64,000 nt of DNA. Origin: Raillietiella orientalis. Lineage: Eukaryota. Each line of letters starts with the position of its first letter. The stretch's first letter is position 1. The position numbers were made by a program, and so were the translations under genes. The stretch covers positions 5,704,001 to 5,768,000 of the forward strand of contig JAYWIR010000002.1 in the NCBI GenBank assembly GCA_036172245.1, given 5' to 3'. Positions 47,901-60,885 of this stretch are shown in pieces. The notes under the pieces are model-generated. The model did no database searches, was not told where the DNA came from, and saw only the letters and a program-made list of their open reading frames with translations.

Positions 47901-49978
47901 TCCTTCATCTTCATTTTTGAGATAAACGATCTTAAGATAAGTCGATCACGGACTCGTGCAGGATTTCATTTATTCGTGTACGAATGAAAGAGTGAGGTGA
48001 CACTTGCTGGACCTCAGAATGATTTATACTAATCCATCCTCCATGCACATCCATCTTGGCTTTTTTCCGTGCTTCAGTTTTAGCTGTTTCTCTCGTTCTC
48101 ATAGCAGACTGAGGCTGGACAGTGCAAGCAGGCAGGCGGTCTAGGGAACCGAAATCTTTCAGTGTCGTTGGCTGTTCTAGTGGCTAGCAGCGATCCTGCT
48201 ATACTGAAGCAGGCTATCGGTAGGGATCTCTGAGATGCTCACCAAGAAGAGAAATGAAACGTGCTCACCAGGAAAGAGTCGCTGCAAACTGGAGAGCGCC
48301 TTTCCAAAAATTTACAAACTTGTACTCCGTGAGGGCGAACACGAAATCATATGGTTTATCACGAGATCAAGCTAGCCATCAAGTTAATGGAGATTAGAAA
48401 TGGAGGAGGAGACTTGGGAAAGGTGTGAGAGACGGACCGCTTGAAAGAAACAGTGCAATTCATGAGCATCCATGCCAAGGCATGGACGCGAGACACTTGG
48501 AAAGAAGCATCTGGGTACGAAGGCATCTTGACTTTCGCTTCAGTTTGGATTGAATTTGACTGGCATCTCAGAAGCTTTGATCTGGGTTGGGGATTCCTCA
48601 TGCACCGCAGTACTCGCATTGCGTTTCGGAGGAAAGAAGTATTCACGGAACTCCGGAGTTGGATAGGCATTTTAGAGGCAAAAATGGCCACAGGACGCTC
48701 ACAACTGCTAAACTGACTTGCTGTGATTTTGGGGCTTTGTGAGTTTCATCTGCGATTCGTTCTGAATTAGAGCACTCCCAATGAGAGATAAGAGGGAAAT
48801 AACAGTTCTGTTGAGATCCTGAGGGTGTTCAGGACAATAAGACATTCACCGGCAGTCGTTCACCAGCTTCGGGAGAATCAAGAAAATCATTCAGCTAATG
48901 ATTCCAGAAAAGGTGGTGATTTTCAACCATGAGAGTAGGACTGGTAACGTACTCAACTGTGTTGGGAACATGGAATTAGAATGAAAGAGAAGCAGCCAGC
49001 CTCTTCTTGAGGAAACACTCCATATAGGAGTGTTTCCTCAAGAGGCTGCTTCAAGGCTATCTAGGCAATGCTCATGATGACCAAGCGAACGCTGAACTGA
49101 ATGCTCATAAAAACTCCGATCTTTTTACTTCGGAGGGAATCTTTAAAGCGAAGACAAGGATTTTCCTATTGCTTGTCTGATTTGGATAGATGACTGCAGA
49201 AGCGTTTGTTTCTAACATCTGGTAAGGCACGCGGAACCGCCCTTTAAAGTTTCTGCACCCCTTCTTGGAAGCCACCCATTCATTTACGATGAAAACGCAC
49301 AGTAACATGACTGCAGAAGGGGACTAGAAGCACCAGTGCCAAAATCCGAAACTGCTGTTAGTCGAAGCCAAAACGGGAACGACAGTATCCGGCCGTTCTG
49401 TCAAGAGAAAAATGACGAAAAAAAAAAAAAAACACATTTTCAGCCGGGGAACCGATAGCAGCTGGGATTTCCCAGAACCGTTTTCCAAAGAGGCCCAGTT
49501 TTATTTAATGAGCATACGCCCTCACAGTCTGTCAGAGTCGGGATCTGAAAGGAGTTTCTTGCCTTTGAGCTCACATGTGGCTGACTTTTTTTGTCCTTCA
49601 GATTTCACAATGATAGAAAATCAAAGCGAGAAGGCTGCACGTGAATCCCACTGTACGGATCGGAAATCGCTTGCATCCAGGCTGCCTCCGATGCTCCGAC
49701 CGATGCTGTCAGTTCAGAAGTCTTGCTCGCCGATGGAGGCAGACAACTGCGACAGAGGGAAATGCATTTGCCTTTCTGCGAGAATGGTCAGCAATCTTCG
49801 GAGATGCACCGCGTTTGCCGTGCAACAGGTGCCTGACGGCTGCACACCGACTTTTATATCATGTCCTGCCCGCAACCCCCCAACTAGGTGCAAACTCCGC
49901 ATCAGAAAATTCATCCAGAGTTTGCACATAAAGAATAATAATAAACAGATGACTTGGAGATATTGTGAAGACAGTCCC

Positions 49979-50162
49979 GGCCTCACACCGAAGGAGCCAA
50001 GTCGGAACTGGCCTCGGCTCACAAAAGCACCGCCTTCTCCACGCAGGAGGAGGAGCTTTCTTGTGTCTGCCTGTTCGGAACTTGGAGACAAGGGGGCATC
50101 TGGAGCGATCGAGAAGGGTCCGTTTGCGGGCACCACGAAACTTTCTCAAGACAGGATGATGC
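49979..50162 (+). repeat. ~180-bp dispersed repeat, copy B
   Basis: Direct diverged copy of 45566-45747. Confidence 0.85.
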
Positions 50163-51742
50163 AGCAAAATAGAGAGGATTAGACTTCTGCGAAAGGAAGA
50201 GATTGAGTCCCAAGCAAAGGATCAGGTGGACACGTGAAAATGGAGAGTTTCCACCGTGTCCTTCTCACTAGCCCTTCTCTTCAGCTCTCACTTTAGAATG
50301 TATGGACCGGGACCCACCCGGCGTGGCCGATAAACTATCTGGGAAAACACTACATTGGAGCACAGCATCCCGTTTTCGAGGTCATCCGGTTGCTTCCTGA
50401 GAATTGCTGGTTCACGGAGCACTTCATCATGATCCGATCCCGAGACTTCAGACATTCTGTGACGTCAAGGTCAAGGTCACTCAGCTGGAATCAATCTATA
50501 CTCTTCTTCCGCCTTTCTCCCTTCCAGTACTGCGAACAAACACTTGCAACAGCAAGCAACGTGCAGTGTGACCTTCCTATTGAACCGCCCCGCAGGGCTT
50601 TAGCTTTGAATCTGCTCGGTTTGATCCAGGATTTGATCCCTGGGTCTACAAGCTCTCGTGGTTTCAGAGTGTGCGCCACCGAAAGCCACGCGCTTCAAGA
50701 GTGAACCCGCCGAAGGTCTTAAAGCCCTTCCTCCCGCGGTCCGCCATAACGAAAAGCGGAGTGAATGCAGAGCTCGGTTTTGTGGGTTTCAAAACGGGAG
50801 TCTGACCGTGGCGAAAGCACCATTTGTCGGTGGTGGTCTCCTGGGACAGCTGGTAGAAAGTGCGATCACGGTCTCTCCTCATCTCCACCAGGATTACGTG
50901 GAGATCCTCAAACACCGTTGAACAAAACATTTTCCGCTTCTTGCAAAAAACTTGCATTTCGTGCCCACAGCGGCAGAGGTGGTGCGGGGCCACCGCGCTT
51001 GATGCTTCTGGGAGGCGGCAGAGAAACCTAGAAGAAACGGCAGCGTTCCGCTATTGGTTCCCAAGTTCCTCATCGCACCCACCGGCCCTCTGAATTAAAT
51101 GGTTCCGTGGAGACCTCAGCTCCTGGAGAATAAAGAAGTCACCTTTGTCCTCCTCCTGGAGTTTCTATTTTCCCCTTTCCCGAAACCGTCCCACTAAGAC
51201 ATTTCGCACTGCGAGCACTCAAAACCGATTCTGCCGGTGCTGGTGAGTCGGCAAGGAAAGAAAACCCCTAAAGAGAACAACGCGAGTGGGCAATGATCTC
51301 GGTTTCGTGCTTCACAGCCCCGCCCTTTGCAAACGACCCTCCGTCCCGTTTTCCGAAATTTCAGAGCGAAATCAGGTGCTCAGTGCTCTGCTTCTTGCAG
51401 TGGCTGATGGGGGCAAACGAAAGAAAGAACAAGAGCGATTCAAGCACCCTCAGCTGCCGCCGTGACGATGCCGTAACGGCAGCTTTGCGGGACGCAGTGA
51501 AACTCCTTGACCGTTATCACCCTTTGTTTGCTCTTAACGGGGCACTTGTTGAGGTCTCATTGAGAAAGACATCGTGTCTGATCACTAGTCAGTTCTGCCG
51601 CTTCAGCATCCTTTCGCGACTCATGACGATGGACGGTGCTAGCCTACTTTTCACTCACTCGTCGGCTCAGCTGACTTCTTGGTGTTGCGCACTCCACTCT
51701 TGCGTTGTCCTCCCGTTTCAGGGTCCTAGACTAGAGGAAGAA

Positions 51743-54700
51743 ATGAAGAACAGCTCTTACGGCCACGGTGTGGACGAGCAGGATGACCTTTTCCTGATGA
51801 TCCTTCTTACGCTCTTATACTCAAGCATACTGGTGATTGGTCTCGTCGGAAACGTGCTCACTTGCTACATTATCCGTGCCCACAAGCACATGCGCACCGC
51901 CACCAACTACTACCTGTTCAGCCTCGCCATCTCCGACCTCCTCTTGCTGACGTCCGGTCTGCCTCCCGAGCTTTACCTCACGTGGCACAAGTATTCTTAC
52001 GTGTTTGGCGGCGTCTTCTGTGTAGCAAGAGGACTGGCAGCCGAGACGTCGGTGAACGCAAGCATTCTGATCATCACGGCTTTTACAGTCGAGAGATACC
52101 TGGCCATCTGCCATCCTCTGCAGTTCTGGAATATGTCCAGGCTCTCCAGAGCGTCCGCGCTGACGTGCATCATCTGGGTTTTTAGTGTCCTCTGTGCTCT
52201 TCCTCAGGTACGAGACGTTTCCATCTGTCTTCCGTGGTGGCTGCTGGTCGCCGGGGGCGAGAAACAGAGCGTTTCACCCCTCCGGTTCCTCAAGCGAAAG
52301 TACATCGGGTCATGATCGAATTCAGGGGGAGGGGGGAGGGAAAGGACATTTGAGAGCGACAGGTCCAAATCGAGGTCTTGTGAGGCATCTTGCTTACGTT
52401 TGCCTCAATCGGGGTCTCCAGGCAGTCGCCTAACGGTTCTTTTCCCTCCGCGGGGAGGCGCTTTCAGCAGGACTCCAGCCGCGTAGGAGCCTTGGGTCGC
52501 ACCGCAAAGAGGTCTCGCTCCTTCCTCCGGGCACGAGTTGCGTCCAACGATTGGGACAAGTGGAGTTCGGCGACAAAAGCGTTTGGCTCAGTGAAGCACT
52601 TTTCTCGCTCTCGAGGTCTCGCCGCTGCCGTCGGAAACCATTTCCTGGAACATCCTACTATCTCTCACTAGCGCTTCCCAGTGAGTTCTCGTTCCTTTAA
52701 AAACCCATCCATGGCTCAACCAAAAGGGAAGAAGAGAGGGAGATGTCTCCAGTATGGAAACCCGTCCTTGATCATTCCGAAGGGCATTTCTCAGACTCAA
52801 AAGAGGATCAAGGTGTACTCCTGTTGCTTTTCCTTATGCGATGTGGGTATTCTAGTTCTTTCTGTCCACATCTCCGTGATGTCCATTTCGTATCCTGGTC
52901 CGTTCTTCCCACATTTTTGTAATGTCCTTCTCTCATCCTTGCCTCTCCTTTCCACATCCCTGTGACATCGTTTTTGCATCTTGGTCTGTTCTTTACACAT
53001 TGCTATAACGTCCTTTTCGCATCCTGGACCTTTCTTTTCACATCCTTGTGACGTCCCTTTTACATCCTTGTGATACCCCCTTTACATCCTTGTGATACCC
53101 CCTTTACATCCTTGTGATACCCCCTTTACATCCTGGTCTTTTCACATCCTGGTCCTTTCTTTTCACCCTCTTCATGCGTGCTTTCATCTATTCCATGCTT
53201 TTTTTTTTCGTTTATTGGAGGCTACACCTCCCTGTTCTGTTGTTTCCTTCCGGCCCATGAGTCTGGAAGTACCTGCGAGTAACTCCTTCTGCTCAACTGG
53301 GTGACCTCGAGGAGCTCCTGACTGCAGACTGATGCCGGCACGATGGCCAAACGCTCGCTCGAGCTGCGCGCCGCCATCGCCTGCCCATAGGGACACCTAT
53401 CGACGCAGCATGTCGCCTTCTTGCGCCGCCGTCCGCGCCGCCACCTGGTCGGCATGCAGTGTGGACTGGTAGGCGGCGGGAGACGACGACCGTGACCTCC
53501 AGAGGTGCAGATGTCTCGGGCCGGCAACGGATGACCTTGCAGATCTATGGCACCAGGATCTTCCAGCGGCGAAACGCGCAGCTGTCTGTCAACACCGCAT
53601 AAGAACTCGCGGAAAACTGAGAGCCCGCCCTAAGGGGAAGTCCTGGAGGAGCCGCTGTACATCCCAAGCGCCGTGATGCATGCGGAAGAGGCTGACCGGA
53701 AGTCCTCGGAGTCTTGTCCAGGGAAGCGTTTGCCAGCTAGGAAGAGGAGGACCAGCAAGGGCGAGAAAGGGGTCATAGGGAGTCATGTCTAGAGGACCGA
53801 TTCCCGCCGATTTTGCTGCTCGCGGTACTCTTAAGGGCAGGTTCTCTTCTTGCCTTCCCTAACCTTTTCCTTCCGTCAGTCTTCAGTATCCCAACCCGAG
53901 GTCTCTGAGCTCAACACTAACTCCCCTGCTCCACCTTGTGTTCCTTCCGACGCCGTTCCCGTTTCAGGCGACCCAGTTCCGGCTGATCTACCTCAGCTCT
54001 CCTGGTGGCGTCATCAGCAACACAGTCACCAACTATTCGATCTGCGCTTCGGAGTCCCCGCTGCTGGTGCGCTTCTTCGAGGTGTCCACCATGGCGTTCT
54101 TCGTGGTCCCGATGCTGCTGATCTCCGTCCTGCACTCCCTGATCGGGATGAAGCTGCGCAGGGCATCGAGACCTCAGTACTCGGAAGGAGGGAGCGAGCG
54201 GCAGTGGGAGCGTCCGAGGCGTGGCGGCAGGAGCAGCGGAGGGAGTTGCAGCAGCGTCGGCAGCAGCTGCGAGAGACTGAATAAGTCCCGAAGGTCCGTG
54301 GTGAGGATGCTAGGTGGGTAGACCCAAGAAGCTTCCTCTCCCCCACCAGAAGGGAGGTAGAGAAAAACAGTATGCAGGAGGGAGGGAAGAGCCCTCCGGG
54401 ACCACCCCCGAGCAGGAGTGTCCCCCTCTGCCTTTTGCCCCATCGGTCGTCGGATGCTTCCGCAGCGCTCCGCTCGGCGGCACTGATTTTCGGCTCTTTT
54501 TGTGGGGGAACGGCAGGGAGACCCGCAGACGCGCGGATCCGTGATGATCTCCTCCCGCTCTTCGTTTTCGCACCTTCCGCTTCCCCTGCCCCTCCACTCA
54601 GCGAAACCGAGGGAAGGCCGTCACGTGCGCTCTAGCAGCCAGTCCCAAACGGGGAAGAGAGAGGGAACGAGCCCCTTAGAATCAAGGCGCGTGGGTCAAG

Positions 54701-57700
54701 GAGCTCTTCAGAAAGTATGGTGCGTCTCCAGGCAGCCTTTCCGAGGGGGAGCGAAGAGGGCGACTCTGAGAGAAGGCCTCTGGGACGGGAAGAGGAGGCG
54801 ATGTGGGCGGGGAAGAGACTCCCACGCTGATCACATGGAGATAAAGTGACCCCGATACCGTTTTCAACAAGAGAAGAAAGGACGGAAATCAGCGAAGGAG
54901 CCCCTAAACCGTTCTGCATCGGTGTCAACGGCTGCCGTGGGTAAGGAGGAAATCAGGTCCACGTCCAGAGGAAGAAGAAAGGAGAAAAGATGAAGAGGAT
55001 GAGGAGAATGGAGAAAGAGAAAGAGGCAAAGAGGAGGAGAACGATGATGATGAGTAGTAGTTGAAAGAGGAGGAATGGAGGAAGGCACGAGGAGGAAGGG
55101 AGGAAGAGGAAGGGAAGAGGAGAAGGAGGAGAAAGGAAAGAGAAAAGGAGGAGGAAGTGGAAGGAGGAAAAAAGGAGGAAGCGAAGAGGTGGCGAGGACG
55201 GAAGGAAGAAAGGGAAGAAGACGAGGAAAGAAAGGGAGAGAAGATCAGAGAGATAAGCCAACACAAAACCTGGAAATCTGCAAAGAGAAATTCTCACACT
55301 GGAGCGCTCCTATCGGTCAAACGCCGGGCTCTTTCGTCCACATCTCCTACGCGTGATGAAAACGAGCGTTCGTTGAGATTGTCAGGAATGGATCAAAGCG
55401 ATGCAAAGCACGCACTGCTAAATAAACGAAGAAAGCCAGCAAGCCACAGTGTGAAAGAAGCGAGCACCAACTCAGCTTTGATCCCTTTCGGAACTTCGAA
55501 AGGTCCATGGGGGGGAAGAGAATGGATGCATTCCAATTTGGGTTTCGCCATGGTCAGCTGCATTCTGGGAAGTGCTAAGGCGCTTCTGACAGCATCAATG
55601 AGCAATCATCCGACTTATTCTGAGGACACTCTGCTTACGAGACAAACGGACTAGACAAGTGCGGGCATGCGTCTTTCGTTGTGCTTCCTGCTTCCTCTTT
55701 GTGCAGCGCGCTTCGCAGGCGTTCCAGCCATGCTCCACATCCCGTACTATTTCCTCATTCTCCATTCGCATTCTACACTGGCATTCTGGAGGGACAACCA
55801 GAATTGAGTTGGCAAGGATACGCTGCGCTGGTCGCACGCAAGATGTTACAATCCGGGAACGGGATTTGAAGCTGCAGTAGCGAATGCTTTCGGACCCAGG
55901 AGGAAGGACGAAGGAAAAGTGCAAAGGATAAAGGACGCATGCCACTTTGAAACCCACGAAATGGTGGCTGATCCACTGAGGGTCACGGAGGAAGCTTGCC
56001 ATTGGAGGCTGCCAGATCAAGTCCGGATTCCTCGAGCTACTGAAGCGAAAGGAAGGTGTGGAGGCTGAAGAATCAAATCGGTGCTTTCCTACGGAAAAAG
56101 TATTCGAACCAACTACCTCACTGCTGTCATAAGGGAGAAGACTCCCTTTCATCTTCCCTTTCTTCTTGCTCGGATGAAATTCTCGATAGTTTTCATGTCT
56201 CAGGGATGCCACATTCCCTCCGACGTCAAGGGTCTGGGTCACAGGGAAACTTAGCAGGACTCTCTATTCTCGCAGCATGAGACTACTGAACCTTTCTTGA
56301 GACCCGACCCATTGTGATTCTGAAAAAAAAAAAAAAACTAATCCGGATCTCAGGCACGATGGGTCCCAAGAAAGGCTCAACAGTCTCGTGCCGCGAAAGT
56401 AAAGCGACCTGCTTAGTTTCCCTGTGACACAGACCCTTGACTTCGGGGAGAATCCCTAACACACCGATCTACCCGCAGATGATAAGAATTTCAGTCGGTA
56501 CATCTCGAGCATCCGCCGAGAGAAAATCCCGGGATTACCTCAGAAAGCGATCCAAACAGAGAGCTAGCAGCGAACCAGTTCTAACGGGCTCGAAGGTGTT
56601 TCCTGATGTGCTCGAGATAGGAAACGAGCAGCCGTCCGATGAGGACTCTTTGCTGCAGCACTTGGAAACGGAACCGATGGAAGTCAAGTTGGAAGTAGAC
56701 AGGTCCGCGTTTTCTACGTCGGGTCAGTCATCAAGACGGGTCATAAACGCCTAATGGTGAGAGAACTATCAGAAAGCCTCAAACAAAGAAGCAACTCGCG
56801 CATATCCTATAGTGAGATGCGTCCTCGGATCAGTGGTGCATCAGTGATGCATTCGGTGGGAGGCCAAACTCGGTTGCTTACGAGAGACAAGGTCGCGCCT
56901 CCATGCCTGTTGCAAGGAGACCACTTACTCTCAAGTGCAGATCGAGCGAGGATCGGAGGCCATAGAGAACCGTCGCGAAGAAAACTGAGGAGTCATCAGT
57001 GGAACTTCCCGAAGTTGTAAATTTCTGCTGGAGATTCTGCACATTTCAGACCGAATCTCGAAATGGGCATCGACTTGTCGCAAGCGCCCTGGGAGCGAAT
57101 GGCGGCATTAATCTCTGATTGGTCAGCGTTCTCTTTTTCGAGATGTCTTTCTGTTCGGGTTCAAGCTCTGTCGTTCAGCTGTGGGATCGGTGACCTCCGA
57201 AAGAAGGAAAAGAAATCTACAAGTCTGCAGACAAAATCTCGGAGGAGTGCCGCGTGGATGCATTTTCGAGCGGCCTGATATGCCCAGAGGGTGCACCTGC
57301 TTGCTGCAGCAGACCTGACAAGGCGAGGGACGAACGGATCATCCGTCACGCTTGGCCCCTGGTTTCTGGAACACGAAAAGGCCTTCATTATGAGCCTTCC
57401 AGCCTGGGAACCGAGTCTGGAAGTGTTCCATCGGAGTCCGAACGAGAAAGTTGAAGTTGCGGTGACAGGACAAAATTTCCCCAGGTGCGTGCAGCACAGA
57501 TGGTGGTCACAGCCTCCTCACCTTGCCTGTTGCCACGGTTGCAGTTTGCCGAAGCGTCCGCTCTCCTGAAGGATAGTGGTGACAAGGAATCAACTCCGTA
57601 ATTTTCTTATAGCATCGTCGCAGACAGATCTTCAGGTCATTTGCCTCTATGTCGTCTATCGAAGAGTAGGAAACATGTGATTGTGGCCGAGGAGGGAACC

Positions 57701-60199
57701 GTTTTCCTATCGATTTGGAGCGTGGTGTGTACACGAGATGCCAAGTCTGTACGGCGCAAGAAGGCCGAAGAGGGCCAAGTGCGCTACGAAATTCTCTAAA
57801 GGAGGGAAAATTCTCTAATAGGGAGGATGCTGTCCCACAGGTCATCCACAAATGAGAGGGGGCTGCGGGCAGGAAGGAGAGCGGACATTTTGCTTGCCTC
57901 AAAAAACTCATTCACGTGAAAGCAGCAGCTTTCCCCGTTCGGAAGCTCTACAGGCGGTGACGGCTGTTCTTGAGAGGAAGTGTCAGCTGTGGATTCGGTG
58001 ATGCCAAGAGTGGTTAAGAGGAGTTGGAACTTCTCCTTCACCAAAGCTGGGACGGCGTCCCAAAGGAACCAAATTGGCGACTCGAGTGAACGGCTCGAGC
58101 ACTCTTCTACGTCTCTGCCAGAAGAGGAAGCAACTTGTTTTCTTAGGGACAAGAATCTGAATACCGAATCACCTCTGTCCGGTGATTCCGAATAGTCCGC
58201 TCATCTGCAGAGGTGAATCGTCTGCTACGATCGGGGAGTCCGTGGCCTCGAAGGTTGGTTTTGATCTACAGCACTTCCCGAGAAGCTCCTCCAGAGCAGA
58301 TCTCTGGATACTGACTCGTGAAGCTTCTGGTCTTCCCAGTTCCGGAGGAATCGGACGTGTTGTTTTTTTGGCGCCATCTGCAGTCTGCGGCTCAGTTCGC
58401 AACTTGGTTCGTAGATGGCGCATGCGTTCTATTCCGAGCGAATGTGCCCTGCCAACGGAAGAGCGCACCTAGGGTGTGACAAAAGCCATTTCGGAGAAGG
58501 TGCGAGCACAATCTGATCCAGATTTCGTGTCTGACTGCTCTTTGTCTCGCGGGAGGAGACCGTGCTGACTCTGGTGGCGTACGCAGGGAACTCTTCAGGC
58601 TTCCTTGAACCCCTGCTCCGAGGGTGGCGCCTAGGTCGCTCCGGGGTGATCCCCACTGAAGTTTCTGCTGTCTCTTCGGCTTCCCGAGCTCCTAAGGCCA
58701 CGAAAACCCTCTTTCCACGCGTCTTTTCCCAGGAAAACGTCCTGTTTTCTTGTTTTCTTCCTGGCCTTCCACCGATCGATTCGAGACCCAGAAAGCGAGG
58801 TGCCAAAAGTAGTTGCCCCGCAGCTGGAGGGTCATCTCCTGCTCAGAGACCAGCTCTGCAGTTTCCTGATCTCCAAGGTTTTCGAAAACTCCGCATCTTA
58901 ACCTGGGTTTGTGCAATCAAATCTATTGACCCACGTCCTATGCTGCTTCTGCCCTTCCAGCAACCCACCTGTCCTAAACCTCCCGACCTGGCCTCTTCCC
59001 AGACGATGCCTTGCACAAAAGTGGCGCTACCAAAGATCATTCGTCTCTAAGAAACTAAAGATTTTGCTAGGAGGGCCTTTGATCAACTCTCAGTCTAAGT
59101 TCCCCTGACGCTCACGGCGAAGGATTCCGTTCCTGGAACTCCTCAGAAAACGATCTGAACCCCGAGAACCGCCTACTGCTGCATCAAGAGCGTTGCTTTC
59201 TTTAGGGGTGGACCAACCACTGAGGGCCTTCCGGGAAGCTACGGGCTTCCGCAGTCTGAAAACCCGGCGGATCGCGAGGAAACCCCGCCCATCCTTCCGT
59301 CTGTCCGCCGGGGTCCGCAGGGAAATGCACTCCTGGTGACGGAGGCAGATGACGAAAGAAGCAAAAGAAGGAGGAAAACATAGCCCTTCTTTCGGACTTG
59401 ACCCCTCCTTTGTCCATGGAAACGGAGATCTCTGCATCTTACATCTCAGGCACTCGGTCCGCTTGCGCGTTCCATCCCAGAAATCGAAGGTGGAACCCAC
59501 CTGTGGTCGGGAAAAGGAAAGTGCAGATGGGCTGGGTTCGTCCCTCCTTCGGGGGATAGGAGGGGCGCAGGTGGAGACCCGGACCTCCCATGACCAGCAT
59601 GCAGAGCGGACGGGATCGGGAGTGGACGCGTGCCGTCTCTTCCGGGTGCGCCGCAACCTCCGGGAAGCTACGGGCAGCTTAGCTCATCGACCGGCGCCTC
59701 CCCGGATCCCTCCGAGAGACTCCAGGTGTGGGTTGGCGCTCTTCCCGTTCCTTTTCTCTTCCCTCTATCAACCTCCTTTGGCTTGCGGAAGGAGGCGAAT
59801 GCGCCTCGGGCGCAGAGTCCCCGCGCCGCACGGGGGTGTGACGGGGTCAGCCGCCCTTAGCCGAGGTGGCACGTGGGGCAGAGTCCCTACCCTCCGGGAG
59901 CTCCGGCCGAGTGGGAGCACTCTCCCGGGAGCCTCCCTGTCGGGGGCGCAGGACGCTTTCCTCCTGCCTTCAGCCCTGGCCTCTCTCTTCCAGCCGCCGT
60001 GGTCATCGCCTTCTTCATCTGCTGGGCTCCTTTCCACGCCCAGAGGCTCCTGGCGGCGTACGGAGACCCCAATAGCGCCTTCCAAGCCCGGGTCTACCGC
60101 ATCCTCACGGATGTGTCCGGGGTTTCCTTCTACGTCTCTACCTGCATCAATCCGATGCTGTACCACATCATGTCGCGCAAGTTCCGGATGGCCTTCATG
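51743..60199 (+). CDS. Class A GPCR, pyrokinin/PBAN/CAPA (PRXamide) receptor family, neuromedin-U-receptor-like; final C-terminal exon not identified
   Basis: Exons 51722(ATG 51743)-52207 (GLVGN, MRTATNYYLFSLAISDLLLL, FCVARGLAAETS, TAFTVERYLAICHP), 53968-54313 (FFVVPMLLISVL..IGMKLRR..SVVRML), 59994-60199 (AVVIAFFICWAPFHAQRL, STCINPMLYHIMSRKFRMAF); GT-AG boundaries with matching phases (0, 1); donor GTGAGG at 60200. Confidence 0.93.
52850..53160 (+). repeat. 22-bp minisatellite in GPCR intron 1
   Basis: Three perfect copies of TACATCCTTGTGATACCCCCTT at 53061-53126, flanked by degenerate CATCCT-containing units. Confidence 0.9.
54965..55255 (+). repeat. Polypurine (GAG/GAA) low-complexity tract in GPCR intron 2
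   Basis: Nearly pure A/G run. Confidence 0.9.
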
Positions 60200-60529
60200 G
60201 TGAGGAGGGGAGGAGTGGTCCCGCCGCGTTGGAGAGTTCTGAGACCTGGACCCGGAGGGTCGCGCGTTGTGGGCAACGGATCGAGAGACCGGAAAACCTG
60301 ATGAGCTCTCTGCAGGGAGTTCACTCAGAGGAGAGCTCGCTGCTGGGGTCATGGGTCTCTCGCATTCTGCATAGCACGGCCATGAAGGGGCGCGCAGACA
60401 AAGGTAGAGACGGCAGCAGAGGTTGCCTCTGGGAGGAGGTAGCCGCAACACTTTGAACCAAGAACGCTCTTGAGAGATCGCCGGGGTCGTTCCTGGTCGC
60501 GCATGCTATGTGACATCGCTACTGGGAAC

Positions 60530-60885
60530 TTAGGAGGAAGGGACCGAAGGGGAAGAGAGAGAGAGACTGGTGGAAAGAGGAGAAAGGGCGATCAGAAAAG
60601 GAAGGAGGAACCGACGACGACGACGATGACGACGATGATAGAGGAAATGGAGGAGGAAGAGGAAGAAGAGAAAGGAAAAATAGGAAGAGGAGAAGGAACT
60701 GATGATGATGACGATGACGACGGAATGATGACGATAATGACAACGATGATCATGATGAGGAGGATGAGGAGGAAAAGGAGGAGGAAGAGGAAAAGGAAAA
60801 GAAAGAAGACCAGGAGGAGAAAAGGTTACTAATTGTGGTGGTGGTGATGAGGTAGAGAAGGAGGAGGAGGAAGAGGAGGAGGCAA
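60530..60885 (+). repeat. Compound (GAC/GAT/GAG/GAA)n microsatellite
   Basis: gacgacgacgatgacgacgatgat and gaggaggaagag runs. Confidence 0.9.

Noticed and set aside
51293..51721. Long N-terminal extension of the GPCR in the 340-aa ORF
   Set aside because: A strong acceptor (TCCCGTTTCAG) at 51721 and no receptor-like sequence upstream; likely an open intronic frame.
55061..55654. E/K/R-rich 197-aa ORF (also 60470-60832)
   Set aside because: Derived from polypurine simple repeats in or near GPCR introns.
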